Source: a virus
DNA: 64,000 nucleotides
IMG/VR virus record: IMGVR_UViG_3300029455_000002
Coordinates: 13,617 to 77,616 of that record
Strand: one strand, 5' to 3'
Shown: piece after piece, positions 1-9,313 of the stretch
How the letters are laid out: each line of letters starts with the position of its first letter
Numbering within the stretch: position 1 is the first letter of the stretch
Made by a program: the position numbers and the translations under genes
The notes under the pieces: generated by a model
What the model was told of the DNA's origin: nothing
What the model saw: only the letters and a program-made list of their open reading frames with translations
Database searches by the model: none

Positions 1-251
1 GCATTTCCTGCTTAATTGGGCGAAATCACAGTAATATTCTGGAAACCTGTATTTATTGCCCAATCGTGGGAAAATGTGTACTTGATAAAGAAGCAGAAAC
101 GATTCCTGACTGGTGTCCATTGAAGCCATTGCCGGAGGAGAAAGAAGAGGAATATTGGAGAAGTAGATTTAGTCTTGCATGGATTCGAGGTTGGAACACT
201 TGTATTAGCAAAATTACAGGAGGCGAAGCAGATGGAGAGATTAACACTTGA
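1..251 (+). CDS. hypothetical Cys-rich protein, 5' end outside window
   Basis: Frame is open from the window edge to the stop at 249-251; CxxxxxC and WCP motifs; no convincing internal start. Confidence 0.4.
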   Translation, partial: ISCLIGRNHSNILETCIYCPIVGKCVLDKEAETIPDWCPLKPLPEEKEEEYWRSRFSLAWIRGWNTCISKITGGEADGEINT

Positions 252-822
252 CGATATGATAAAGGCACTTAAATGCGTTGCCAGCCAGGATACTGTAGGC
301 GATTGCTATGCAGACCACGAAAACTTCATGCATATGCATGATAAGCATAAACGCATTGTCTGTGGAACTGGTGAGGATTTAAGAGATTATATCAGTGGGA
401 ATGAAGCGGTTGGCTGCCCGTATCATCAAAATACTTATGGATGTTGCTTCGAAGACTGGGAGCTGTATTGGCTGAAAGATGTCGCGGAGCTGTTAGAAGA
501 ACTGAAATCTTATAAAGAAACAGAAGAGCAGGGCTTGTTTGTGAGATTACCGTGTAAGGTTGGAGATACGGTTTGGGTGGTAACATCGCCAATTAATGTG
601 TTTGGTTATGATGAATATGATGGAGATGCGGAATATGAAGTATATGAATCTTTTTTATCAAGCGTATCTTATTATGCGTCTGGAGAACAATTCAGAATTT
701 ACGCAAAAGTAACGAATAGTTTTATTGTGGCATACTTTAGAGAATGTGATTTTGGAGAATCTATATTCCTCACCCGCGAAGAAGCCGATAAGAAGTTGGA
801 GGAGATGAAGAATGGCTTATAA
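232..822 (+). CDS. hypothetical phage early protein
   Basis: ATG at 232 preceded by AGGAGG at an 8-nt spacing; long clean ORF. Confidence 0.6.
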   Translation: MERLTLDDMIKALKCVASQDTVGDCYADHENFMHMHDKHKRIVCGTGEDLRDYISGNEAVGCPYHQNTYGCCFEDWELYWLKDVAELLEELKSYKETEEQGLFVRLPCKVGDTVWVVTSPINVFGYDEYDGDAEYEVYESFLSSVSYYASGEQFRIYAKVTNSFIVAYFRECDFGESIFLTREEADKKLEEMKNGL

Positions 823-1105
823 GTATTTAGATAACGCTGCCAAATCCATTGAATATCAGCTGAACAGTGCATACAGCCATGGATATTCTGATGGGAAAGA
901 GGATGCGAGAATAGAATATTCGAAGCACGGGAAAATTGTAAAAATGAAAGTACTGAGCGATAATGCCTTCAACTCTATGCCAGACTACTATAAGTCGTGG
1001 CCTGTAAAAGCATGGTGTAGCTGTGGAAAACCACTTAATCGACTGGATTATACATTTTGTCCGTATTGTGGAGGACTAATTGTGAGAGGAGATGAAGAAG
1101 AATGA
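812..1105 (+). CDS. hypothetical protein with C-terminal zinc ribbon (CxC...CPYC)
   Basis: GGAGGAG RBS; start overlaps the upstream stop (translational coupling). Confidence 0.6.
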   Translation: MAYKYLDNAAKSIEYQLNSAYSHGYSDGKEDARIEYSKHGKIVKMKVLSDNAFNSMPDYYKSWPVKAWCSCGKPLNRLDYTFCPYCGGLIVRGDEEE

Positions 1106-1377
1106 TTGAAGTGATAAAAGAAATTTTTATGGCAGTGGGAATGTGTGTAGTTGCTGTTATTATTTACGGATTATTCTGCACAATAATCAACAAATTCAAC
1201 AGATGGCGAAAGAATGGTTGCAAAATCAAGTGTCTCTGCAAACCGCACATTTACGAAATTCAATGGCATTGGTGTAGAGATGGGGAAACCGAATTGGTAT
1301 GTAAGAAATGTGGCAAAAAGAAAACATTGTTTATTGACTACGATTTCCACAAGAAAAATAATCATCAGGAGGATTAA
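1102..1377 (+). CDS. small membrane-anchored CxxC protein
   Basis: ATGA overlap with the upstream gene; N-terminal hydrophobic helix; C-terminal CKKCGKK. Confidence 0.55.
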   Translation: MIEVIKEIFMAVGMCVVAVIIYGLFCTIINKFNRWRKNGCKIKCLCKPHIYEIQWHWCRDGETELVCKKCGKKKTLFIDYDFHKKNNHQED

Positions 1378-1378
1378 C

Positions 1379-1765
1379 ATGAAACCAGAAGAAGCAATTG
1401 AAAACTTACGGGAACGCATTGACTTAGCTAAAAAGGTTTGGACAAATGTTCCAGGAATTGTTGAATATCGTAAAGCATTAGAATTAGCAGTTAAAGCGTT
1501 AAAAAAGCAGATGCGCAGAAAAGTGAGATACGAGGTTGTAGGATACGACGAATGCTACGATGTTAATTTATATGCTTGCATCTGTCCGTCATGTGGACTG
1601 CATATTATTGGTTTTTCGGATGACGATGTAGATTCTAAATGCAACAGCGATAACTCTGAAGATATGTTTCATTCCAGTATGGTACATCATGCATATATTG
1701 GCATGAATAATTATTGTAACAGGTGTGGACAGAAATTAGATTGGGGTGAGGAAAATGGCAGATAA
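1379..1765 (+). CDS. hypothetical zinc-finger protein
   Basis: Internal ATG at 1379 with a CAGGAGG RBS; CPSC and CNRC pairs. Confidence 0.6.
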   Translation: MKPEEAIENLRERIDLAKKVWTNVPGIVEYRKALELAVKALKKQMRRKVRYEVVGYDECYDVNLYACICPSCGLHIIGFSDDDVDSKCNSDNSEDMFHSSMVHHAYIGMNNYCNRCGQKLDWGEENGR

Positions 1766-1910
1766 AACATGCAAAACTTGTATTGAAAACGACAACGGGC
1801 TGTGTGACCGCAAAGGCATCCTGATAGAGGAAGATGATACCTGTGAAAAGCACACAGAAAACTGGAAGGACTCTTTAATGGAGAAATTCATCCGAAAATC
1901 AATGCGGTAA
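1755..1910 (+). CDS. small Cys-rich hypothetical protein (51 aa)
   Basis: ORF below the track cutoff; CKTC...C...C pattern; weak RBS. Confidence 0.35.
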   Translation: MADKTCKTCIENDNGLCDRKGILIEEDDTCEKHTENWKDSLMEKFIRKSMR

Positions 1911-1947
1911 GGGCGGAAATGTCCTTACCAGACGGGAAGGTGGCTAA

Positions 1948-2757
1948 ATGACAAAGGTGAGTTGGATTCGATTAGAAATAGATATGTTCGACAACAAGAA
2001 AATCCGGCATATCAGAAAACTTCCAGAGGGGAACAATATCGTATTGATCTGGATGATGTTATTGACGATGGCGGGGCGCTGCAATTCAAACGGGATTATC
2101 TTTCTAACGGAGAATATTCCATATACAAACAAGATGCTAGCTGACGAGCTGGACTTTGACGAGAGTGTAATCGAGCTTGCACTCACAATTCTTGAAAAGT
2201 TCGGCATGATAACCAGAGACGGAACATTGCTTTCAATTCCCGGATGGGAAGAACATCAGAACATTGATGGGCTTGAAAAAATCAGAGAGCAGACAAGAAA
2301 ACGAGTTGCCGAGCATAGAAAACGTCAGAAAGAATTGTCGGAAGAAGAGATTCCAGAACAAATTTCTTGTGAAAAAGATTTAGTCAAGCCCGGTGATGTG
2401 CAGAAAGTAGTTGATGAATGGAATAAGCTTCAGCAGTTCGGCATTCAGCCAATTGCAAGAATGACAGCAAGAAGAACACAGATGTTGAAAGCAAGAATCC
2501 GTGAATACGGCATGGACAAGGTAATGGAAGCATTAAACAATGTACAAAACAGTGACTTCCTTATGGGAAAGAAAACTGATTTTGCAATAAACTTTGAATG
2601 GTTTGTGAAACCAAACAACTTCTTAAAAATACTCGAAAATAAATACCATAACAGGGAGGATATGCGAAATGGAACTGGCGCAGCTCAAAGAAATGTCGAA
2701 CCAATCATCCCGCTTGGAGAATGGAACGGAGAAGAATCAGACACCCCGTTCGCTTGA
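1948..2757 (+). CDS. phage replisome organizer (N-terminal domain family)
   Basis: N-terminus WIRLEIDMFDNKKIRHIRKLPEGNNIVLIWMMLL matches the replisome organizer N-domain pattern. Confidence 0.8.
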   Translation: MTKVSWIRLEIDMFDNKKIRHIRKLPEGNNIVLIWMMLLTMAGRCNSNGIIFLTENIPYTNKMLADELDFDESVIELALTILEKFGMITRDGTLLSIPGWEEHQNIDGLEKIREQTRKRVAEHRKRQKELSEEEIPEQISCEKDLVKPGDVQKVVDEWNKLQQFGIQPIARMTARRTQMLKARIREYGMDKVMEALNNVQNSDFLMGKKTDFAINFEWFVKPNNFLKILENKYHNREDMRNGTGAAQRNVEPIIPLGEWNGEESDTPFA

Positions 2758-3493
2758 ATGCCCTGAATGCGGGGACAGCGGGTGGAGATGGGTAAGAGAC
2801 GCAAGTGGTATTCCTTATTGTGAGGAATGCCCTTGTGGAATCAGAAAAAGAATAATCCTTGAAAATCAATTGAAATTTGCAGAGCTTCCAAACGTGTTTA
2901 AAGGCTCAGATTTCAATGATTTGAAGTCAAGTGTATATTTGAACGCTGAGAGTCGAAAAGTATTTTCTCAGGCGGCTCAGGCGGTAAATTACTGGTTTAA
3001 AAATCTTCCTGATATGCAGAAGAAAGGAATAGGACTATATCTTTTCTCAAACGCAAAAGGTTCCGGCAAAACCAAAACAGTATGCAGCTTGGCGAATGAA
3101 ATTATGAAGAAATACCAGAAACCGGTCAAGTTTACCACGTCCCTCAGGATTCTTGATGAGATCAAGAATACGTGGGGAGACAAAGGGAATACGGAGGGAA
3201 AGTTGATAGAGGATTTGTCCAGAACAGAAATCCTTATCATTGACGACTTCGGCGCTGATTCTGGAAAAGAATGGATTAACGAAAGATTCTATAGCATTAT
3301 TAACGGGCGGTATGTTGACAGGAAAATCACTATATTCACGAGTAACTGTCAGATATCAGAATTGAAATACGATGAGAGAATCACAAACAGGATTCTGGAG
3401 CGGTCACTTGAAATCCCGTTTCCGGAAGAATCTGTCCGGGTGCATATGGCACAGCACATCAGAGCGGAAATGATACAGGGGATGCATAGATGA
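2669..3493 (+). CDS. DnaC/IstB-like AAA+ helicase loader
   Basis: Walker A GSGKTKT and Walker B LIIDDFG; N-terminal CxxC pairs; GGGAGGA RBS; 89-nt overlap with the organizer gene. Confidence 0.85.
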   Translation: MELAQLKEMSNQSSRLENGTEKNQTPRSLECPECGDSGWRWVRDASGIPYCEECPCGIRKRIILENQLKFAELPNVFKGSDFNDLKSSVYLNAESRKVFSQAAQAVNYWFKNLPDMQKKGIGLYLFSNAKGSGKTKTVCSLANEIMKKYQKPVKFTTSLRILDEIKNTWGDKGNTEGKLIEDLSRTEILIIDDFGADSGKEWINERFYSIINGRYVDRKITIFTSNCQISELKYDERITNRILERSLEIPFPEESVRVHMAQHIRAEMIQGMHR

Positions 3494-3702
3494 GAACAAT
3501 AAGCGAAATGTACAGACGTTCCGGAGGAACTGCGTATCAGCATAAGTGCTCTGAATGTAGATTCTATAGGGATGGAAAGAAGGAGAAATGTCTGATGTAC
3601 GGCAGTGACCGGGACTGGCATGGAAATTTCATTGCCTGTAAATTCTTCAATCTCGAAGATGATATGCCGGAAGGACAGATGAATATTTTCGATTATGTGT
3701 GA
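3490..3702 (+). CDS. hypothetical small protein
   Basis: ATGA-coupled ORF following the loader gene. Confidence 0.5.
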   Translation: MRTISEMYRRSGGTAYQHKCSECRFYRDGKKEKCLMYGSDRDWHGNFIACKFFNLEDDMPEGQMNIFDYV

Positions 3703-3706
3703 AAGA

Positions 3707-3764
3707 AAGGAGGAACGAGGAACCGCTGGCCAGCGAAAGGATATCCCGGTTCCTCCTTATTTTT
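3707..3764 (+). terminator. long hairpin plus T-run; 5' arm contains an AAGGAGG
   Basis: AAGGAGGAAC (3707-3716) pairs perfectly with GTTCCTCCTT (3749-3758); nested CGCTGGCCAGCG palindrome; followed by ATTTTT. Confidence 0.5.
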
Positions 3765-4979
3765 ATGAATAATGACGACTTGAAATATGCAATTGAGAAT
3801 GGTATTATCAATTTGTCTCACATACAAGAACAAATTGAAATGAATAAAAGGGAAGAAATTTTAAAAGAATACAGGGGCAGCATGTGGAAAGCATCTGACG
3901 GATATTGGAAAATCCGCATGACTTATGACGAAACCGGACAGAAAAAAGTATTCAAACGCAGGTCTAAACAGGATTTAGAAGATTTGATTGTTAAAACCCA
4001 TAGGGAAAAGGTTGAAAATCCAAAGATTAAGAGCATATTTGAAGACTGGGCGCAGCGTAAGTTTGATTTGAAAAAAATATCTGTGCAAACCTACCAGAGA
4101 TACCATCAGGATTTCAACCGGTTTTTCGGAATACTTGGCGAGAAAAAAATTAGAAGTATTGAACCAGAAGATGTTAGTAACTTCCTGGAAGAACAGATCA
4201 GTGAACACAATCTGACTGCTAAAGCCTTTTGTAACCTCAAAACAATTACCAGAGGTACCCTAAAATGGGCGAAGCGCAACAAACTAATTGACTGGAATGT
4301 GCAGGAATTATTCTATGACTTGGATGTCACAGATAAATCTTTCAAAAAAATCATCAAAGAAGACTCTAAGGAAGTTTTTAATGATGCGGAAATGAAAAGA
4401 ATCGTAGAATACCTAAAAGAAAACCAGAACATGGTAAATTTAGGAATATTGCTTATGTTTGTAACCGGTCTGAGAGTTGGGGAATTAAGTGCTTTAAAGT
4501 GGGAAGATTGGGATTCGAACACCGGAATAATCAGAATCCGAAGAACGGAAGTAAGACACTTTGAGAATCATAAAGGAATTTTTGAAGTCAAAGACTTTCC
4601 GAAAACCGAAGCAGGCGTAAGAAATGTAGTGGTTCCTCAGGGGTGTATATGGATATTGCAGAAGCTCAGAAACATGTCGGCGTTCTGCGAATATATATTT
4701 TCCAAAGATGGGAAACGATTGAACACTTATTCGTTTAGGAACCGGCTCCGGACAGTATGCAAGAACACTGGCTGCGTTCAAAAATCACCGCACAAAATAC
4801 GAAAGACCTATTGTACAATCCTCTTAGACCACAGCGTAGATAATCAGATGGTAATATCGCAAATGGGTCACTCTAACATCTCATGCTCGGAAACTTATTA
4901 TCATCGAGACCGAAAGAATCTTCAAAAAAAGCAAAAAATCATGGACAGCATAGATGAATTTATGGTAGTATCGAGATAG
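3765..4979 (+). CDS. int: tyrosine recombinase / phage integrase
   Basis: C-terminal HKIRKT...GHSNISCSETYYHRD catalytic region; N-terminal IEMNKREEIL...GYWKIR arm-binding-type region; the start could instead be GTG 3699. Confidence 0.85.
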   Translation: MNNDDLKYAIENGIINLSHIQEQIEMNKREEILKEYRGSMWKASDGYWKIRMTYDETGQKKVFKRRSKQDLEDLIVKTHREKVENPKIKSIFEDWAQRKFDLKKISVQTYQRYHQDFNRFFGILGEKKIRSIEPEDVSNFLEEQISEHNLTAKAFCNLKTITRGTLKWAKRNKLIDWNVQELFYDLDVTDKSFKKIIKEDSKEVFNDAEMKRIVEYLKENQNMVNLGILLMFVTGLRVGELSALKWEDWDSNTGIIRIRRTEVRHFENHKGIFEVKDFPKTEAGVRNVVVPQGCIWILQKLRNMSAFCEYIFSKDGKRLNTYSFRNRLRTVCKNTGCVQKSPHKIRKTYCTILLDHSVDNQMVISQMGHSNISCSETYYHRDRKNLQKKQKIMDSIDEFMVVSR

Positions 4980-4998
4980 TTTTTGGTCATTTTTCAAA

Positions 4999-5188
4999 GA
5001 GGGAACAGCTAGGGAACAAAAAGGAACACCCTGGAAAAGTTAGAAATGTTGATTTTATGGGAAAGATAGCAGTTTAAAGATACGTTCGATTCCCGTACTG
5101 GCTGCTAACGAAAACCTTGTAAAATCAAGGTTTTTTGTGCTTTTTAGGGGTATGTAAAATGGCCGAGGGAACAGGCTAGGGAACAGAA
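4999..5188. other. attP-like region: two GAGGGAACAGnCTAGGGAACA arm repeats flanking a tRNA-3'-end-like core
   Basis: Direct repeats at 4999-5021 and 5165-5188; GTTCGATTCC T-loop-like fragment at 5079-5105. Confidence 0.4.
5111..5136 (+). terminator. rho-independent terminator
   Basis: AAAACCTTG / CAAGGTTTT stem with a T-run. Confidence 0.65.
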
Positions 5189-5319
5189 CAAATATTCGAA
5201 TTAAAACCATAGGAGGAAAACTTGTGTGTGAGACACAGGCAAAACCATCGTAGACGGCAGAAATGCGGTCTTTTTTTGTTGCCAAAATTATGTTAATATG
5301 GTTGTATGGAGGTGATGTT

Positions 5320-6074
5320 GTGATACATACCGCATATGATGTAATGAAAGAATACCTGATAACCGGAGCAGAATTGGATGGCCCGTACCAGATACCGGTT
5401 ATTCCGCCGATACAGCTGGCGCCGAAGAAAAGTATAGATTTTGTTTCTTCAAAATCCAGATCATTGAAAGGGCATAAGGACCTGACGGTGAATTTTTATA
5501 TTGACGATAAAAGTTTTCTGAAGGTATGGAATCAGCCGGACCAGTACGTTGAACATCTCAAATGTTTCCATTCGGTTTGCAGTCCGGATTTCACAATTGC
5601 TTCTGGGATGCCTACGGCACTAAATATATACAACCTATACAGGAATCATGCTCTAGGCTTCTATTTTGCGATTTTAGGCGTTAATATCATACCATCGGTA
5701 AATGTGTTATCAGTCCAAAGGAAATGCCTTGGATTTTCGATGGTACGCCGCGCAGAAGCACTGTATCATGTTGCACCAACGGGAGAGTACGGTCTAAGTC
5801 TGCCAGATTGGAATTTTGTGAGAATTTCAAGGAAATGCTAGACGCAATAGAGCCGACAAAGGTTGTGATCGTTGGCATCGTACCGGACGAACTCAATGTG
5901 GATGTGCCAATAATAAACCTCAATTCACGTAGCCAGAACATGAAGGAGATGTTCAGAAAGGAAGGACCATGGGAACAGTCAGTAGCGGATCAGCAAAACG
6001 AAGAAACAAAGAAACCGGTCGGCAGAAGAAGCGCCGAAGCAGACTTTTCAGTATTATGGGACGAAGAAACATGA
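5320..6074 (+). pseudogene. DUF4417-family gene split by a frameshift near 5700-5725
   Basis: The N-half (frame of 5263) ends in IIPSVN. The C-half (frame of 5724) continues PWIFDGTP...VVIVG. The two halves together give the usual ~250 aa. Confidence 0.55.
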
Positions 6075-6170
6075 CTGGAAAAGATGAATTGAATGTGATG
6101 AAGTGAAAATTTACATCACGCCGAGCTACGTTATAGAAAATTATATGCAGAATGCACAAACATAAAAAAG

Positions 6171-6210
6171 TCGCAGGTCTGAATCAGTTTCAGATTTCTG
6201 CGATTTTTTT
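6171..6210 (+). terminator. rho-independent terminator
   Basis: TCGCAG...CTGCGA outer stem, TCTGAA/TTCAGA inner stem, then T7. Confidence 0.7.
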
Positions 6211-6985
6211 CAGATTTCCCCAGTTCAAACCGTACCGGTTTTGATACTGCTTCTGACTTGTCGTACATTTCCTTGGTGCTCTTGCCCCATCCCGGGACCG
6301 TCCCGGGAACCTCCGGCCGATCAGTGGCAGACCGCCACTGTGAACCCATGAAAACCCCACCGCCCGGCACGATCTGACAAAATCAGAGTCAAATAACACA
6401 GCCCGCCGGGGATAACCCGGGAGCGGACCGGGAACAACTGCGAAAGCGCAGAGCCAGTGTCAGGCACAGCCAGAGTCAAAATCAATTCTAATATAACGCT
6501 GTAAAATGCGTTTAAAAACGTTATTGTACAGTTATGGTAAAATATACAGAAATCACATAAAACGCGCTCAAAAATCCAAATACGGCGCTACAGAAGTATT
6601 TAGGACACAACCGCCCAAGCAAAAACGCCTAAAAGCGTACAGAAATAAGACCGCCGGAGCAATCACGAACAAAGCCCGCATAGCCCCGCACAGTCTGGAA
6701 GTATAAAGACCAGACCGGGCGAAGCGTCCGCGCAACTATACAGAGTAATAATAACCCCGTTGCGCTCTGTCGTCAATCCCTGTTATTAATTCGACATTTG
6801 AAGATTTAAGGCGGTTTTATATACTTGTGATAAAATATACCAGAATCACGATAAAAGCCGTTAAAACATCAAATAGAAGCCGATACAGCTATATAATTGT
6901 CAATGCACATCACACCGGGACACAAGCCCCGGAGAAGTCCTGCACAGGTCACGAACCACCGCCGCCCGGAGCAAATGCAAGACAC
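6211..6985. other. ORF-free GC-rich structured region between convergent terminators
   Basis: Only short, compositionally odd ORFs; CCCGGG palindromes; two diverged ~60-nt tandem units, each starting with TGnTAAAAT. Confidence 0.4.
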
Positions 6986-7013
6986 CAGAAAAAGAGCAGC
7001 GCTTTACTGCTCT
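6986..7013 (-). terminator. rho-independent terminator of the minus-strand cluster
   Basis: AGAGCAG/CTGCTCT stem (6993-7013) followed by T5 on the minus strand. Confidence 0.6.
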
Positions 7014-7091
7014 AAGTAATTTATATTCGTGATTTGGGGTAAGTCCCGGAAAAACTCAGAAAAACCGCTGTCAGTAATATTATACTGGCGG

Positions 7092-7388
7092 TCAGATGTT
7101 GGAATCATGCGACCATCTTTTATCTCCATGCAGGAAAGTTGTAAATATCCCGGTTTTTTTAGTAGATTTATGCAGCGCGTATCGCATAACAGACATCGCA
7201 CCAGACTGGCAGCGCACCGGCGGTAAGTCGTACCAGACCAGCGGGACAGCACCGGAAGAAACCGTATCAAAGACCTGTTTAGCGTCTCTTTTTGCAGCTG
7301 CTCCGATTTTATCAACAATGGAAAAATCCCCGCTTAAAATGGCGTCAACGGTCTGCTCAGACGTTGGTTTTGCAATTCTGTCTATCAT
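7092..7388 (-). CDS. hypothetical protein
   Basis: AAAGGAG RBS 7 nt upstream of the ATG on the minus strand. Confidence 0.6.
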   Translation of the reverse strand: MIDRIAKPTSEQTVDAILSGDFSIVDKIGAAAKRDAKQVFDTVSSGAVPLVWYDLPPVRCQSGAMSVMRYALHKSTKKTGIFTTFLHGDKRWSHDSNI

Positions 7389-7408
7389 ATATAAACTCCT
7401 TTCTGATT

Positions 7409-7433
7409 GAAAAACAGGCGGGAAAGCCCCGCC
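7409..7433 (-). terminator. GC hairpin terminator
   Basis: GGCGGG/CCCGCC stem followed by a T-run on the minus strand. Confidence 0.45.
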
Positions 7434-7461
7434 CGAAATTGTTTTATTTGATTTAAAAAGC

Positions 7462-7830
7462 CTAAATCCTTTTTATAAACTCGGTTTCCGTATAGTTTTC
7501 TCCGGTTACCTCATTCACAAATGCCAAGATTCCGGACTTTGTGAAATCAAAGCGGGTAAAGTCAAAGCCCCTTTGTGCAAGCCTGTATTCATAAGAACGT
7601 CCGCAGCCTTCAGCGTCGTAATACGTTCCGTCGATATGCAAGGCGTTAGGCTGTACCACTGGACAGCCTTTTTTATTTGCGTCGCGCCTCTGGTAGCTTC
7701 CAAAATCCGCAATAACGTGCAGGCCGTCCAATGTATCAAATTCTGCGCGAACTCTGCAATTTGGAACGTCTGAGCCGTTTCTATAGCCTGTTCCTGTATA
7801 TCCGTATTCTACTAATGTTAATTTTTTCAT
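7462..7830 (-). CDS. hypothetical protein
   Basis: CAGGAGG RBS; 122-aa ORF. Confidence 0.65.
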   Translation of the reverse strand: MKKLTLVEYGYTGTGYRNGSDVPNCRVRAEFDTLDGLHVIADFGSYQRRDANKKGCPVVQPNALHIDGTYYDAEGCGRSYEYRLAQRGFDFTRFDFTKSGILAFVNEVTGENYTETEFIKRI

Positions 7831-7901
7831 GTTTTTAATCCTCCTGATTTTATTTTAAAAGGCCGCCGGGGAAATGCTCCCCGGTACGCTTGCCAGCCTG
7901 G

Positions 7902-8111
7902 TTATGATTCTATTGTTCGGCCGTGGCCGTCCATGAAGACCTCGCCGGCAGGCCACTGACAAAGCTTCGCGCGACCTTCTTTAACAACGCGTTCGTTATC
8001 GCGTCCGGCGTGCTGGATTGCCTTGTATGTGATTGTTTTAGCGGTTTTATTTACGATTTCAAACACCAAACCGCTTTCATGGTATCTTTTTCCGATTTCA
8101 AATTTTTTCAT
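7902..8111 (-). CDS. hypothetical protein
   Basis: AGAGG RBS; 69-aa ORF. Confidence 0.55.
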   Translation of the reverse strand: MKKFEIGKRYHESGLVFEIVNKTAKTITYKAIQHAGRDNERVVKEGRAKLCQWPAGEVFMDGHGRTIES

Positions 8112-8190
8112 ATCCTTTTACCTCTTTTCTTATTTTTTTGAAATCCGGCGGTTGCGTTGGGGCTACGGCTTGACCGCCGCCGGAGGGAAT

Positions 8191-8433
8191 TTATTTAGAT
8201 GGTTTTTCGTATCGAATAATCGCAACCTGTTCGCCGGTGGACTTTAGAGCACCGAACCCGTTAAACATCGGGCCGTTAAGCCCTAACAAGAGCGGCTGCC
8301 CTTGCAGTTCGTCCCGGTGCGCCGGGTTTTCATTGTACCCGTAAATAAGCGAATTGAACTGCTCAGCGGTTTTGATCTCTTTCGGAAGATCATAAACAAC
8401 GGTTTCGCCTGTAAACATTTTTCCTGTAATCAT
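8191..8433 (-). CDS. hypothetical protein
   Basis: AAGGAG RBS; 80-aa ORF. Confidence 0.6.
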   Translation of the reverse strand: MITGKMFTGETVVYDLPKEIKTAEQFNSLIYGYNENPAHRDELQGQPLLLGLNGPMFNGFGALKSTGEQVAIIRYEKPSK

Positions 8434-8520
8434 TGATTTTTCTCCTTTTCTGTGATATTTTATTTTTGCTGGTATTTTAATAATTTTTATTTATGACCCC
8501 GGAGCTTTTCGGGGTCTTTT

Positions 8521-8676
8521 TCATGCTGACATTTTATAAAGAATAAGGAATTTTAATTCCTCATACTGTCGGGAGTTAATCCCGGAGAAGTCGTTCCCGA
8601 TCAGGTCCAGGAGCTTCACCAATTTTCTTTTTGTGTGGGCCTTTTCAATCTGCCCCAGATAGATGTTATATCTCAT
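8521..8676 (-). CDS. small hypothetical protein (51 aa)
   Basis: ATGA-coupled to the upstream gene; below the track cutoff; found by manual translation. Confidence 0.4.
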   Translation of the reverse strand: MRYNIYLGQIEKAHTKRKLVKLLDLIGNDFSGINSRQYEELKFLILYKMSA

Positions 8677-8891
8677 TTTTTTATTTCCTCCAGTCTAATA
8701 ACAAGCCCTAACTCATTATTCTTGTTTGATCTTGTGATATAGAAATCAATCACTCGATCATCAAAATATTTTTTGCAGGTCTGAAGCATTTTCCCGCTCA
8801 TTTCCCATTCTACAAGCTCGCTTTTTCTGCCTTTCTGGATTTCGAAGAAATCACAGTGCATTGTGTTGAATAAGTCTAAAAATTTAATCAT
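8673..8891 (-). CDS. hypothetical protein
   Basis: GGAGGAAAAC RBS; first gene of the minus-strand cluster. Confidence 0.6.
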   Translation of the reverse strand: MIKFLDLFNTMHCDFFEIQKGRKSELVEWEMSGKMLQTCKKYFDDRVIDFYITRSNKNNELGLVIRLEEIKK

Positions 8892-9052
8892 GTTTTCCTC
8901 CGTTCCCCCGGCTCTATGTCTGGGTTGCTTGTTCTCTGCTGATGGTTATATAATACCAGATATAACGCACATATACAAGATGGTATAATGCATAAATAAC
9001 GCACATATAAAACGCTTAAAACTGTATAATATGTATAACGCACATATAACTA

Positions 9053-9081
9053 TTGACAATATAACGCACATACATTATAAT
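9053..9081 (+). promoter_or_regulatory. consensus sigma-70-type promoter with an iteron in the spacer
   Basis: TTGACA, 17-nt spacer, TATAAT; the spacer is ATATAACGCACATACAT. Confidence 0.7.
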
Positions 9082-9114
9082 AGAAGAAAAATTGAAGAGG
9101 AGGAACAGTGAATA

Positions 9115-9300
9115 ATGGCAACTGATGCACAGAGAAAAGCGGTTAGAAACTATGAGAAAAACAATTATAGATTGAATATTGTCTTTCCTAAGGAAACAAA
9201 GGAGAGAATAGAAAACCTACATCTAAATAAAAGTAATAGTGCTTTTATTCGTGATACGGTTCTTGCAGAACTGGAAAGACTTGAAAAAATATTGAAATAA
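9115..9300 (+). CDS. ribbon-helix-helix DNA-binding protein
   Basis: The pattern YRLNIVFPKETKERIENL...AFIRDTVLAELERLE fits a strand-helix-helix fold; GAGGAGG RBS. Confidence 0.65.
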   Translation: MATDAQRKAVRNYEKNNYRLNIVFPKETKERIENLHLNKSNSAFIRDTVLAELERLEKILK

Positions 9301-9313
9301 CGCACATATACAC

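Noticed and set aside
5079-5105. GTTCGATTCC-containing fragment considered as a tRNA gene
   Set aside because: There is no matching 5' acceptor strand, D arm or anticodon arm upstream. The T stem pairs only 4 bp with a 9-nt loop. It is treated as an att-core-like tRNA fragment.
6131-7015. Track ORFs 6131..6370(-), 6190..6399(-), 6506..6706(+) and 6827..7015(+)
   Set aside because: They have no RBS, a biased Pro/Arg/Gly/Lys composition, and overlap terminators and repeat units. The two + strand ORFs are similar only because they read through the tandem DNA repeat.
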